Below, piece after piece: positions 12,781-25,640 of a DNA stretch of 64,000 bases. Each line of letters begins with the position of its first letter. Position 1 is the stretch's first letter. Source of the stretch: Phoronis australis (lineage: Eukaryota; Animalia; Phoronida); the NCBI GenBank assembly GCA_002633005.1, contig NMRA01000016.1, forward strand, positions 1,195,565 to 1,259,564, in the 5' to 3' direction. The notes below the pieces were generated by a model. It saw nothing but the letters and a program-made list of their open reading frames with translations. It was not told the origin of the DNA and made no database searches. Made by a program: the position numbers and the translations under genes.

Positions 12781-13860
12781 GGACAGCCCGTCAGCGTTTC
12801 CATGTAGGGAGCTTTAACGATGCTCAATGCCAAGAGCTCTCTGTATGTTGTACAGTAACTCTCTTGGGTTTTGGATAGGGTGTTACTGGCACATGCAATT
12901 ACTTTTTCTTCACCGTTTTGGACCTGTGACAGAACGCCTGAGATACCATAGCCAGACGCGTCAGTGTCTAGAATGAACTGACCGTTACCGTTGGGGAAGG
13001 AAAAACTGGATGTTCCGTAAGGGCATTCTTGAGACTGTCAAAGGCATGTTCACAAGCACTGTCCCACACAAATCTGTGATCTTTACGTGTCAGTGCAGTG
13101 AGCGGGGCGGCGATACTAGAAAAGTCGAGGATGAAACGCCGATAGTACGAAGCTAGACTAAGAAAGCTTCTGACGTTTATGACGTTCGTGGGGCGTGGCC
13201 AGCAACGCACAGCTTCAACTTTATCTGGATCGCAAGAGACACCGAAAGTCGAGACCTCGTGACCAAGGAACTTGACTTTCCGTTGAAAAAGACATTTGGA
13301 GGGTTTCAATCGTAAGTCAGCTTCTCGTAGCCGAAGAAAAACTTCTATCAGATTTTCTAAAGCAGATTTAAATGCATTTGCGTTGCAAATAACATCGTCG
13401 AGATACACTAGACATTTCTGCCAATTAAGACCTCGAAGGACATTTTCCATGAGCCTCTCAAAAGTGGCACCAGCATTGCATAAACCAAATGGCATGACGG
13501 TAAATTGATAGTGTTGCCCTCTGTCAGTCACAAACGCCGTTTTGGGTTTGTCTTCTTCTGACATGGGGACTTGCCAGTACCCACCTGCTAAATCTAGCGT
13601 GGAGAAGTGCGACATATTGCCAAGTTGGTCAAGACAGGTGTCTATGCGTGGCAGGAGAAAAGCATCTTTTCTCGTAGCCGAGTTGACTTTTCTGAAGTCA
13701 ATGCAGAACCGCCAATCAGACGGATTTTTACTAGGTTCGTTAAGTCGGGCCGTGTCCTTGTCTTTTCTGACCAAGACAATAGGTGATGCCCATGGACTGT
13801 TAGTGGGCTCAATCAATGCCTGATTTTAACATTCGGTCAATTTCAGCGTCTGCTATTTCA
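12781..13860 (-). pseudogene. Gypsy reverse transcriptase and partial RNase H
   Basis: SPWASPIVLV, WRFCIDFRKVN, STLDLAGGYWQ, MPFGLCNAGATF, YLDD, FLGH; DASGYG and NADGLSR present, with RNase H apparently internally deleted. Confidence 0.93.
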
Positions 13861-14603
13861 TGTTGCATTACAAATAACCGTCTAGGGGGTTACTTATAGG
13901 AGCATGGTTACCGGTGTCAATCGTGTGAAAAGCTTTAGCCGTGCGTCCTAACTCGCCGTTAGGGCCAGCAAAGACGTCTGAGAATTCGGCTATTAGGGCT
14001 TTAATTTGAGCAGCTTGATCGGTATTAAGACCTTTGATCGCGCTCGTATACATGGGTTCTAAATGGCTGGCCAGTGAACCGTTTTCCAACCCTGAAGGTT
14101 TGTTGCGGTCACTAGTCACTACACCACTCATAGATGTACATTTACGGGACAGTGAACCGTTTTCCAAACCTGAAGGTTTGCTGCGATCACTTGTCACCAC
14201 ACCACCCGTACATTTACGGTTCGGACGTAGAGATATATGTACTCCCTTGATAAAAACGAAGTCCTTGTGGGGAAAATTAAACGTTTGACAACTATTTCGT
14301 TTCATGAAATCGAGACCCAAAATAATTGGTATGTCGATATCAGCGACAAGAAAAGTGTGTGAAAATTCCAAATTTTCCACACTAAACGAGATTTCGAGGT
14401 ACCCAAATCTTTAATCAAGTTTCCACTGGCATCATAAAGCGGAATAGTATTTGAACACAGTTCACGGGTATTCAACCCGATCCCTTCAAATACAGTGACG
14501 GACATCAGCGTACGAGCTGAACCCCCGTCATAGAAGGCATCAAATGCTTCACCAAAAATATTTACAGTAAGAAAAAGACACTTAACATTATTTACATCGA
14601 AAG

Positions 14604-14646
14604 CGGCTGAATCTCCGGTCTCAGACCCAGCCGTTTTCAGTTTAAA
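14604..14646 (-). promoter_or_regulatory. -1 ribosomal frameshift signal at gag/pol junction (also 16884-16926)
   Basis: T TTA AAC in the gag frame immediately before TGA, 6-nt spacer, then stem CGGCTGGGTCT/AGATTCAGCCG (11 bp, 2 GU). The -1 frame is open into the protease. Confidence 0.75.
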
Positions 14647-15766
14647 TTAGGGTTTTTCCCATTTGCTGCTTGTGATCTCGAGTCGGCCTGACGCTCGGCA
14701 TCCGCTGAGCGGTTCCTTGAGCGACAGTTGCGACTAATGTGTTCACTCAGGCCACATGAATGACATTTTACAGGTCTTCTCTGTTCTCTCTGGACTCTCA
14801 ACTGATTTTTTAGATCATCAACTTCTTTGCGTAGTTCGCCGTATTGACGCGCATTCATGTTAGAATCCGACTTATTTGGCGTGTTCACATTGCATATGCG
14901 TTCAGGATTATGAGGTTTACGGTTGCATGGCTGTGTGCTTTCAAAAGCTTCAAACTCTACTGCCAGTGCAATAGCAACATCAATAGATATTGGATGGTTA
15001 AATTGTACATGCCTCTGTAAGGCTTTGTCCCTAAGGCCAGCAATAAACTGATCAATAACCAAAATTTCTCGGGAAGTGACTTCCAGTTCAGGATATGCTT
15101 GTGTAGCCAGTCGGCGGAGCGCATAACCATAGTCGGCAGCAGATTCATTTCTGTTTCGTTTTCGGGATTTAAATTCGCACTTGTATGCTGTAATTCTCTC
15201 TGGGGGATTAAATCTCTGTGACAGTGTTTCTCTTAGTAGACGATAACCGTATAGTTGACGTGGAGTTAGTTCTGACATCACTCGCAGGGCTGCGCCTCTT
15301 AGGCAAGTCGAGAGTTGTATGGCCATTTCATCTTCAGTCGACCCATTCCACCTACTAATTATTTCAAACTGGCGAATAAAATCCGTCCAGTCACATGTGT
15401 TTCCATCAAATGAAGAAGGCTGTTTTTCTTTTCTTTTCTTTTTACAAGTAAATTATTTGTTTGTGGTACTGAATGCACTGGGCCTTCATCAAATAGTGCG
15501 GCCTCACGGTTGGCGTACGAATTCGTACCCAGTTCACGTGAAGGACTCGCGGGCAAACTATTTTCATTGTTCAACGAGCTGTCTAGAATTAGAAACGGGT
15601 TGGTGTTTGAGACTGCGGTCTTTATTTGAGTTTGTTCGGGCATTGGACTTTGATTTGGTGATGAAGTTGACATCACTGGCCTTTCACCTTGAAGGTTTTC
15701 AGCACAGTCTTCGTCAACTTTATGTGGAGTGAAGAACTTGGTCACAAAACTCCAAAAACGGGACAT
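14637..15766 (-). pseudogene. Gypsy gag, copy A (frameshifted)
   Basis: FDG..W..F..QFE, LRGAA, QFIAGL and zinc knuckle CHSCGLSEHISRNC; protease follows in the -1 frame. Confidence 0.85.
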
Positions 15767-16916
15767 CGTTTAGTCCGACTTGTTAATCACAGATTAATTC
15801 AAGGAGAAGAGTTTAATATTCACAGACTGATTAATTACTGAGTCGATTTTGTGCAGTTTGGAATTTAAAGTTGTTGTGGTTTCAGTTCAGAACTGCGAAT
15901 AAAAATATTTGCTAAAGCAGTATGTTCGTTTGAATTACTACCACTGGAGCACACGCGAGAAAATACAGCCACAGGGATTTACTAGCAGGATTCTAATAGA
16001 GATCGTTTGAACGACGGACAAAACTCCAACAAGGTAGGTCAGTCAAATTATCTTACCGCCAGTTCATTTTCCTTTGAAAGGTTTATGTCAAGGCAGAATA
16101 CTAAAAGCTAATCGAATGCACGTGCACCTGCACGTGCTATGAATGNATGTTGCATTACAGGTAACCGTCTAGAGGGTTGCTTTATGGTTACCCGTGTCAA
16201 TCGTGTGAAAAGCTTTAGCCGTGCGTCCTAACTCGCCGTTAGGGCCAGCAAAGACGTCTGAGAATTCGGCTATTAGGGCTTTAACTTGAGCAGCTTGATC
16301 GGTATTAAGACCTTTGATCGCGCTCTTATACATGGGCTCTAAATGGCTGGCCAGTGAACCGTTTTCCAACCCTGAAGGTTTGTTGCGGTCACTAGTCACT
16401 ACACCACTCATAGATGTACATTTACTGGACAGTGAACCGTTTTCCAACCCTGAAGGTTTGCTGCGATCGCTTGTCACCACACCACCCGTACATTTACGGT
16501 TCGGACGTAGAGATATATGTACCCCCTTGATAAAAACGAAGTCCTTTTGGGGAAAATTAAACGTTTGACAACTATTTCGTTTCATGAAATCGAGACCCAA
16601 AATAATTGGTATGTCGATATCAGCGACAAGAAAATTGTGTGAAAATTCCAAATTTTCCACACTAAACGAGATTTCGAGGAACCCAAATCTTTAATCAAGT
16701 TTCCACTCGCATCATAAAGCGGAATAGTATTTGGACACAGTTCACGGGTATTCAACCGGATCCCTTCAAATACAGTGACGGACATCAGCGTACGAGCTGA
16801 ACCCCCGTCATACAAGGCATCAAATGCTTCACCAAAAATATTTACAGTAAGAAAAAGACACTTAACATTATTTACATCGAAAGCGGCTGAATCTCCGGTC
16901 TCAGACCCAGCCGTTT

Positions 16917-18022
16917 TCAGTTTAAATTAGGGTTTTTCCCATTTGCTGCTTGTGATCTCGAGTCGGCCTGACGCTCAGCGGATGCCGAGCGGTTCCTTGA
17001 GCGACAGTTGCGACTAATGTGTTCACTCAGGCCACATGAATGACATTTTACAGGTCTTCTCTGTTCTCTCTGAACCCTCAACTGATTTTTAGATCATCAA
17101 CTTCTTTGCGTTGTTCGCCGTATTGACGCGCAATCATGTTAGAATCCGACTTATTTGGCGTGATCACATTGCATATGCGTTCAGGATTATGAGGTTTACG
17201 GTTGCACGGTTGTGTGCTTTCAAAAGCTTCAAACTCTACTGCCAGTGCATTAGCAGCATCAGTAGATATTGGATGGTTAAATTGGACATGTCTCTGTAAG
17301 GCTTTGTCCCCAAGGCCAGTAATAAACTTATCAATAACCAAAAATTCTCGGGAAGTGACATCCAGTTCAAGATATGCTTGTGTAGCCAGTCGGCGGAGCG
17401 CATAACCATAGTCGGCAGCAGATTCATTTCTGTTTCGTTTTCGGGATTTAAATTCGCACTTGTATGCTGTAATTCTCTCTGGGGGATTAAATCTCTGTGA
17501 CAGTATTTCTCTTAGTAGACGATAATCGGATAGTTGACGTGGAGTTAGTTCTGACATCACTCGCAGGGCGGCGCCTCTTAGGCAAGTCGAGAGTTGTATG
17601 GCCATTTCATCTTCAGTCGACCCATTCCACCCACTAATTATTTCAAACTGGCGAATAAAACCCGTCCAGTCACATGTGTTTCCGTCAAATGAAGAAGGCT
17701 GTTTTGCTTTTCTTTTTACAAGTAAATTATTTGTTTGTGGTACTGAATGCACTGGGCCTTCATCAAATAGTGCGGCCTCACGGTTGGCGTACGAATTCGT
17801 ACCCAGTTCACGTGCAGGACTCGCGGGCAAACTATTTTCATTGTTCAACGAGCTGTCTAGAAACGGGTTGGCAGTTGAGACTGCGGTCATTATTTGAGTT
17901 TGTTCGGGCATTGGACTTTGATTTGGTGATGAAGTTGACATCACAGGCCTTTCACCTTGAAGGTTTTCGTCAACTTTATGTGGAGTGAAGAACTTGGTCG
18001 CAAAACTCCAAAAACGGGACAT
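16917..18022 (-). pseudogene. Gypsy gag, copy B (frameshift before CCHC knuckle)
   Basis: 314-aa ORF near-identical to copy A. Confidence 0.85.
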
Positions 18023-18436
18023 CGTTTAGTCTGACTTGTTGATCACAGATTAATTCAAGGAGAAGAGTTTATTCACAGACTGATTAATTACTGACTCGAT
18101 TTTGTGCAGTTTAGAGTTTAAAGTTGTTGTGGTTTCAGTTCAGAACTGCGAATAAAAATATTTGCTAAAGCACTGTGTTCGTTTGAATAACTACCACTGG
18201 AGTACACGCGAGAAAATACATGGGATTTACTAACAGGATTCTAATAGAGATCGTTTGAACGAAGGACAAAGCTCCAACAAGGTAGGTCAGTCAAATTATC
18301 TTACCGCCTGTTCATATTCCTTTGAAAGGTTTATGTCAAGGCAGAATACTAAAAGCTAATCAAATGCACGTGCACGTGCACGTGCTATGAATGTATCTAG
18401 AATAATTATAATTTACTTGGCTGAGTTTGAAAATCT

Positions 18437-18456
18437 ATCCATGGGCCGCGGCACCA
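18437..18456 (-). promoter_or_regulatory. Primer binding site (tRNA-His-like)
   Basis: TGGTGCCGCGGCCCATGGAT, separated from the LTR end by 4 nt; TGGTGCCG matches the complement of a tRNA-His 3' end. Confidence 0.65.
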
Positions 18457-18460
18457 AAAA

Positions 18461-18770
18461 TGTAGCGGTGGTGTTGTATGCAGCGTGGTGTTTTATGTGT
18501 GTAGTGGATGACCGCCGGTGTCGACCTGACGGATAGATGCTCAGTCGTTTTGAAGTTAACGATTTCTGGTACGATGGGCAATGGCAATCGCCACAATAGA
18601 TGGGTGACAGTCCATGCACGTCTGCAGGAAAGGAACGAAATAAGAGCCAGCGGATTGGCTTGAAACCGAAATATTGTGCAGGGCTATTTACAGTATGCTG
18701 CCGGAGGACGCGTCGAAGCAAAGTCTGTGAGTGAGCACGTCGATGATGTAATGAGTAAGGGACAAGTTGT
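18461..18770 (-). repeat. 5' LTR of Gypsy element (outer boundary uncertain)
   Basis: Matches 7501-7597 and abuts the PBS. Confidence 0.7.
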
Positions 18771-18780
18771 ACGCTTGAAG

Positions 18781-19040
18781 CATGCGCTCACCTGGGGGGT
18801 CTTGGGGGGTTCAAACGAGCACATCCCCATTTGGCGAAGTGGATAAAAAGGTCCGTCTCAGAGAAACAAAAAGTCCGAGGAAACGAGACAAAAGTCCACA
18901 GGAATTGGGCACGAGTGCAGAATTCACAGGTCTGAACGTAGTACCCAGTTTTTTGTTTTTAGTCCTCGATTCAGTTTGCAGTAAAGAGTCCACATACTGG
19001 AATATTCAAGTCCCCATATTTTAGGCTGGGTGCGCGCACG
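18781..19040. mobile_element. MITE with 5-bp TSD (family also at 22394-22629 and ~26691-26901)
   Basis: TIR CATGCGC.CACC.GG...CTGGGTGCGCGCACG, TSD TGAAG. Confidence 0.75.
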
Positions 19041-19535
19041 TGAAGATAGACTTTATGGAATCGGCATTTACTGGAATGGTAAGGGGTTGTGGTGGATGAG
19101 GGGTGGTGTTTCGCAAGACTTGCTTCCGATTTAGTAGCTAATCGGTCGGCTTCAGATGTGACAAGTGCAAATGATTTTTTTCATTTTCTCCAGCGGTTAC
19201 AGTCTTAACACCCTAATAACCGTTGAAATCACTTGTAACTGGGTTGTAGCATTTTTGTCTGTGATATTCACTAGTTATGATGAAACACCACACAAAATTA
19301 CGACATTGATAGTTCATCTCGATAACCATGGTTGTTATCTGAAGATATAGTGCACGGGCGGCTGCCGGGGGGTGTCAAAACCATCAATTTCTCGTTTGTA
19401 GTTTTCAAGTAAAGCGAACAATGTGATGAACGTTTCCCTGTTTTTGACGTCATAGTACATTTACGTCACAGATTGTTTCGTAAGAGCGCTATAGCCAAAG
19501 TTACTCACATTTCGGTATACGTTCATGGTGCCAAA

Positions 19536-22500
19536 ATGACAGAACCCGAGGGTAGTTCGAGTATGTATGGCAACTTGCCAGTGAATATCATCAAAGACAT
19601 GATGGAATATCGTGTTAATGATCTCAAGATCAGGAAAGAGTAAGTAATTGATTCCAAATAGCATTGCAATGTGGGTTTTCGCAAAGAAAACAATCGAAAT
19701 TGATAGATTCCTTACCAAGTCTTCCATACATAGTATGTTTTGTGATAATACAATGTATCAATAAGACAAACAATTATTGCAGTCATTGTACCAGTTCAAA
19801 ACTCGGACAACGTCGGAAATGTATTTTAAATCAATGTCTAATAGTATTTTCGCTAATTCTACTGCAAAGATTCGACATTCCGCTGCTTTCCATTATCCCA
19901 AAGAACGATTTGTTAATCCCATAAGTACTTTTTAATTACAGGGTTCAGAACAACCTCGCCAAGTATTTTGAAGCTGAGATGAAGTGTTGTAAGGAGATGG
20001 GAAAAGTTGTAAGCCGGCTTGTTAGAGAAATGGACAGAAGGCAGCAAAAGACTCTGAAACTCTGCAAGGCAGAAAGTGAGTGTATTCGCGGGTATTGCAG
20101 AGAATCGTGTTCCTGATCGTAACACTTGATGTTCACAAACTGAATTGCTCACTGTACAATAACTTTTTACTTGTAGCAAAACACGGACTTGAATGAGAAC
20201 TAATCACTCTCTTGACAGAGTTACCATGTGGTTCGGGATTTGCCGTAACGAAAAGGCTATTCCAACCGCGAGTTAAAATCATGCAGTTTAACAGGGAGAC
20301 AGCCTGGCTTCACCCCGAACAGAGCATTCTACTGTTACGTATATTGTCACCCGCGACGGTAATATATATGCAATAGTACCTAGTCAGAAAATATGTGCCG
20401 TCAACATCAACACATATTGACGTCGGGACAATCATATGTGTTACTTCGACAATATATGTCACAAAAATATTACCTCAAAATCCAAAGAGGAATGCTCTAC
20501 GAAACGCAGTCGGTCTAAAATTCTTTATTCAAAGGCAGACTAATGTTAAGTTTTAACTTATATCAAAACGTAAGATGAATGTTAGCCATTTGAAAAAAAC
20601 AACTTAACCCAATTCCCTGGAACGCGCCCCAATTTTTACGGTGTCAACCATATTAAGGAACGTGCGACAGCGGTCTCTTAAATATCGACGAGGCGTGCAC
20701 AGGATTCCGGCACCTTGGTTGTCGGGACGATATCGCTATCACTTCCTTCACTTCTTCGCCTCGTCCCCTTCTTATTAGCGACCAATTTCGTCACCGCCCC
20801 TATTGCAGTGCCACATGGGTAGCCAAACTTGGGGGATTGATTAAGCCAAGAAGCATCATGAATCGTATAACTATTTTGAACAAACAGGAGTCTTAGATCC
20901 CTTTTACCAATCCTGTAGCTTCATTAGTTTTATGTCCCTCTAATGAAATTATTCGGTTTTAGTTATTGTTTCGACTTGCGCCTAGACGTCTATGAGGAAG
21001 TAACTCAGAAATAAAACAGTTGCTAACGAACCAGGGTCGTAGGAAGGTGAATGCGAAAATTACTGAAGGGCAAGGACATATTCCCCTTAGCAACAAGGAT
21101 TAGTAGGGCCTACAGCTTAAAATGCTATACTAAATATCGGCAATAACAGGCTGCAGAAGTATTAGAGACCAGAGGGCTCGTGCCCGCGATCCCTGAGCTT
21201 CATATAGTCCTGGTAGACGTACTGAAAAGAACAGTCATATCACTAGGCTTAAATTTTCAATGTTTTCAAAATATCTGCTCACAATCTCTCGTAGGCCAAT
21301 ATACGCAAAAGATCGAAGAGTTCTGGAATTTCATGGACTCACGCAAAAATGACATCCAAAGAAGACTTGATCTCATGAAATATGACGCGGAGAGGTCGAT
21401 GGCTGTATTCAAGTCGTAAGTTTGATTGTAGTGATGGCAGTGTTCAGCTGCTATCTGATTATGGTAGTCAAATAGACTTAAGACGCCTCAATTGTAGGCC
21501 TAGTAATATAAATTTCGCTTGAAACGCTATTATTTCTGAAGAATGTCCCTCAGTGAAGTTGCAATTCTCGCCAAATCACCATCAAACGAAAGTGACCTAC
21601 TTCTTTAAATTAGCTCAAAATATTTATACCTTCTGGTTTAGTCCTTAATTTCTCAGAACATGATGCATGTAAATAATTAAAAGTTCAAAATTCTGTGTGA
21701 TTTGGTTTATTTTACGGGAAAAGGTTGGACTTTCATAAGAATTATGGTAATCAAAAAACAAGGAGCTAGAACATGATCATTAACATAGTCCACCCTCACG
21801 GCTTCAAAAGTCGAACGTCAAGACGACTTCTTATGACCTCTTTCAAAGGCTTAAACAAGGACAAAGATTAATTGATTAGGGGTTTGAAATTTCTGTATGA
21901 ATGTGATCCATTGAAATTGGTCCTAACTGCGTGCCTTTTTGCTCATTACCGAGACTTTCTGCAGTCATATTGCCGAACTACATTTGGAGGCAAAGTTTCA
22001 TTAGCTTTAAGTGTCTGGAACTTTTGTAACCCAACAGCCTGCGCCACCTGCGCTTGTACGCTGTACTGCTGTGAGAATAATTTGAACAGATTTGAATTGC
22101 TCACCCGCACGTGCATCGCCATAAGCTGGTTAGAGAGTTGGCTACGACGTTTTGGGGTTAAACCAAGTGTTATTGTAGGACATTAACTAAAGTAGTGTAT
22201 TATTTGTATGTTCTTTAGAAGCGTAGAGAGCATGGATACAGGGAAAAAAACTGCTCAGCAAGTTGTGAAAAGAAACATCGTGCAGGAGAAATGTCAGAAG
22301 AAAGTCGATAAGTTGACCGACGTAAGTAATGACAAATATACATGTATGTGAAGCGTGACAAAAATAGAAACGTTGGTGATTTTCTTGGAATTGCATGCGC
22401 GCACCCAGGGAGCCCCCATTTGGCGAAGTAGGCAAAAAGGTCCGCCTCGGAGAAACAAGAAGTCCGGGAAAACGAGACTAAAGTCAACTAAAAAGGCGAA

Positions 22501-24863
22501 AACGCACAATTTACAGCTCCCAACGTGGTACCCCGTGATTTTTTTAAGTCCGTCCGCTTTTTTGTTAGTAATAGGTCCATATCATCGGCAATTCGAGCCA
22601 ACCCATTTTAAAGGCTGGGTGCGCGCATGGATTGCTACCGCTGCTTCTAACTTTCGAACCACCTCTGTCGGCTGATTTTAGTACACCTAATGCTATTTCG
22701 GTGTATTTTTGTTCAGCAAGAGTATCAATGAAAGTAATTTACAGCGGAACAAAATGAGTAGACGAAGACACCCGGTATCAAAGTTCTAGATTTTTCGCAA
22801 AAGAGTTCAAGATGGCGCCAGTACGCAGTATGAACAAGATCTCTCACCTATTGTGCCCTCTCTTGTCTTTACTGCTTGGATATTGAAAACACCAAACGTG
22901 CCTGTTTTTATTGTGCTCTGTCTAATAGTCTTCATCAAGCTTTAACGAGTTTGCTACGAATGCCTTACCGCGGACGTCTTTTCAAAAGAACGACCCTGTG
23001 TTCGGTTTGTTCTAACCAACCTTTCCTGACAGTTCTATCCACATGTGATCGGTTCATTCTGTCCTGGCCAACATCTCACTGTGGCTTTTCGCCCGATGTG
23101 CACGCGTGGGACATGCATCCATGCACAATTTTGCCTTGTTCTCTATTGAAGGAAGAGCCTCGGCTGGCGGAAAGTTACAGAAAAATGGACATGAGGTACA
23201 GAACAACGGCTCGAGTCCACCGTCAAACCTGGGTGGCGTCAAAGAACGACGTCACCAATAACCAAGTGACGAAAGCCATGTACGAAAGCGCCAACCAAAG
23301 TCTGATCACGGAATGTGCCGAGGTGAGCGCTACGGAAAAGCAATTGCGAAGAGCTTGTTCTAGGGATATCTTGGGTGAAATGTTAAAAACTCGGGTACTT
23401 TGGATTGCATGATATACTTTTTCCCCTGTTAGTTAATATGATAACGATTAGTATGTGTGCTTGCTGTTTCTAATTAATACAGCGGCACGTTTCAAGAGCA
23501 GCCTTTAAATTGCAAACATTCCATTCTGGGTGAATGTCGTGCCTGAACACCTTTACAAAAATCTCGATTACCCACATACATGAAACAGAATGTCTCCAGT
23601 CTGTAGACACAAGCAATAGTGTTGTTTTTCATAACACTTTTCCTATTTATATATTTGCAGCTTCATAAAAAAGCTGATCAGCAATTTGACAACATCATTC
23701 AGGAGGCGGACGCTGCCATCGACACCGTCATGAGCATAACATCAACTGACTCCCTGCTGGGACGGTAACTAAGTCTTGTCAATACTAAATCGGATAGAAG
23801 TAGTGACAAATCTACATTATATACTTTCCTCATCAGTGTGCAAAATTGGTTGCTATTTTACTCGCGGATCCATTTTTAATCAGCCACCCCATCACCTAGA
23901 TTAAGGTTAGATAGGCTATTTGCTGTGAATACATGTCACCCGAAGATCATCACAGCAGTGAGAAAAAATGTTATGTGCTTGTAACCCCCCAAGGAATTAA
24001 AAAAATTGTTTACATCCGGGATCCATCTTTCTTGAAGTCACAACGAAATTGACCTCTGAACTGTTACTTTTTTCCGTAAAAATACTAACACCGGTTCCTT
24101 ATAATCAACTGCAACAGTTTGGACTCGACCTCAAAACAAAACTTCTAATTAGCTAAGATAGTAGCTGTGACTTAAAGTTAAGTTTGTTTCTCGGCGCGCG
24201 ACCGACGATAAATATGTTCTCAAACTGGCTTCTTCAATCACAATTTCCCAGACGAAATCAGTATTTTCTGAAACAAAAGTGGCCTCGCACCAGCACTGAA
24301 ATGTAAAGAAAATAAAAACGTTTTACTGATCGAGCCACACATCTTGCGGGAGTATAAACTGAGGAGAACCAAAATGTCGTTAGGAACAACTTTATCCCGA
24401 AGATTTTGGTCATTGCCCTAACCTCGAAACAAATATCTTTCGTTTCAGTGGAGTACCATCAACACGCGTTAAGAGCACACAAACTGACAGCGTCAGGATT
24501 GACCCAGTCTTACTATCAAAGCTGTGCTTTCCTGACAGCGCCGCTTCTAGTTCCACAGTCTTGTACATCCCTTGCGCCAGCCAATCAAATGCCGAGTCCG
24601 AGAAGCCTCCCGACGACAAGCTGCCAAGGAGCAATTCCCCAGAGCTAAAATTGTCAAAATCAGAGATGGAGTTCAGGAAAGACACAGACACCACATGTCC
24701 GACTTGGATCGACGGTGCACTCAGTGACACGCAATTCAATCCACGCGCATGGGGATTCAACACCGATCCCTCATCTCCTGAGGAAGCCCAGTCATGTCCA
24801 AGCGAGAGATCTACCACCTCCTCCCCTGGACTCCGTGACCAGAAAACAAACGATTTACGTTAA
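19536..24863 (+). CDS. Uncharacterised 7-exon gene, 383 aa; helical N-terminus (possible divergent F-BAR), Ser/Pro-rich C-terminus
   Basis: Exons 19536-19639, 19942-20075, 21295-21415, 22219-22321, 23152-23322, 23661-23764, 24449-24863. All GT-AG with pyrimidine tracts; phases 2,1,2,0,0,2 join into one stop-free 1152-nt frame. Kozak-like GCCAAAATG; the frame is open further upstream to an acceptor near 19471, so the true start may be earlier. Confidence 0.8.
22394..22629. mobile_element. MITE (same family as 18781-19040) in intron 4
   Basis: TIR CATGCGCGCACCCAG...CTGGGTGCGCGCATG; TSD AATTG/GATTG. Confidence 0.75.
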
Positions 24864-25640
24864 ACCTCTGGTGGATTCCGGTCAGAGTTCAGAAAATCGG
24901 CGGGAAACTTTAGCCAGAATCCTGTCTCAGGTGTTTGGTAAGTTGAAGCTCGCTTCCTTGACGGATTTTCAATTCTTTCGTGTTTATACTCTTTGACTCC
25001 CTGTTCAGACCAATTTTTTCTCCTTGTCAATGATTAGTACATTGTCAAGGTCGAAGCTGTGGCTGGATGCCTGACAGTGGGTACACACGGCATAAGAGTC
25101 ATAAGTGTTACCGGAGCTAGGCCGACGATGTTGGGACAACCGTATTTTCTAGGACTGCTTAGTTTTACCTGCATAGGTTTCAGGGCACTCTTCACACTGT
25201 GTTCCACAGACCACACCAGCTATCTTTTCCTTAGGTTGTTTGTCCATAGGGTTCACGAGTTCTTGTCTCAAAGTGCCAACACGTTTGAAAAACGTGGTGA
25301 TATCAAATGCCCTGAACACAGGTAGTAGTTGTTCAGAAACTCTTTCTACATAAGGAAAAGGTATCCTGGCCGATGTTTGATCAGGTTGAATAGCGTCAAT
25401 GTTGTTGATTTCCAATCTGAGTGTTCTTCGGGTAGCCTTGCTAAAGACCCAACGTGGGTACCTGTACCTTTCCAGGGAATCACGAATCTTGTGTTTCTCA
25501 TATATCCGCTTATGTTGTTTAACGAGAGAAAGGTTTTGCTTTTCAGACTGTTTAATAATCTTAAAAGTATCGTCAACGTCTCTGAACCAAACCCTTGGTT
25601 TTACTCCAGCATTGGTGTTGAGCACTCTCTTTTCCTTGGC
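24862..25640 (-). mobile_element. Penelope-like retroelement fragment (RT C-terminus and GIY-YIG)
   Basis: KPRVWFRDVDDTF, YP, PYVERVSEQL, GVV..TQCEECPETYAGKTKQS; 3' part matches the reverse complement of 34500-34590. Confidence 0.85.

Larger units (their letters stand above)
7501..18770 (-). mobile_element. Gypsy/Ty3 LTR retrotransposon (degenerate), with nested LINE; gag-PR region duplicated in the assembly
   Basis: LTR segments 7501-7597 and 18461-18557 differ at 4 of 97 nt and end in ...CTACA on the minus strand. PBS lies next to the 5' LTR. Order gag(CCHC)-PR-RT(YLDD)-RH-IN(GPY) is the Gypsy order. Outer end of the 5' LTR is uncertain. Confidence 0.92.

Noticed and set aside
16147-18393. 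Gypsy element with two genuine gag genes
   Set aside because: Junction is a single N, like five other duplications; most likely an assembly artefact.
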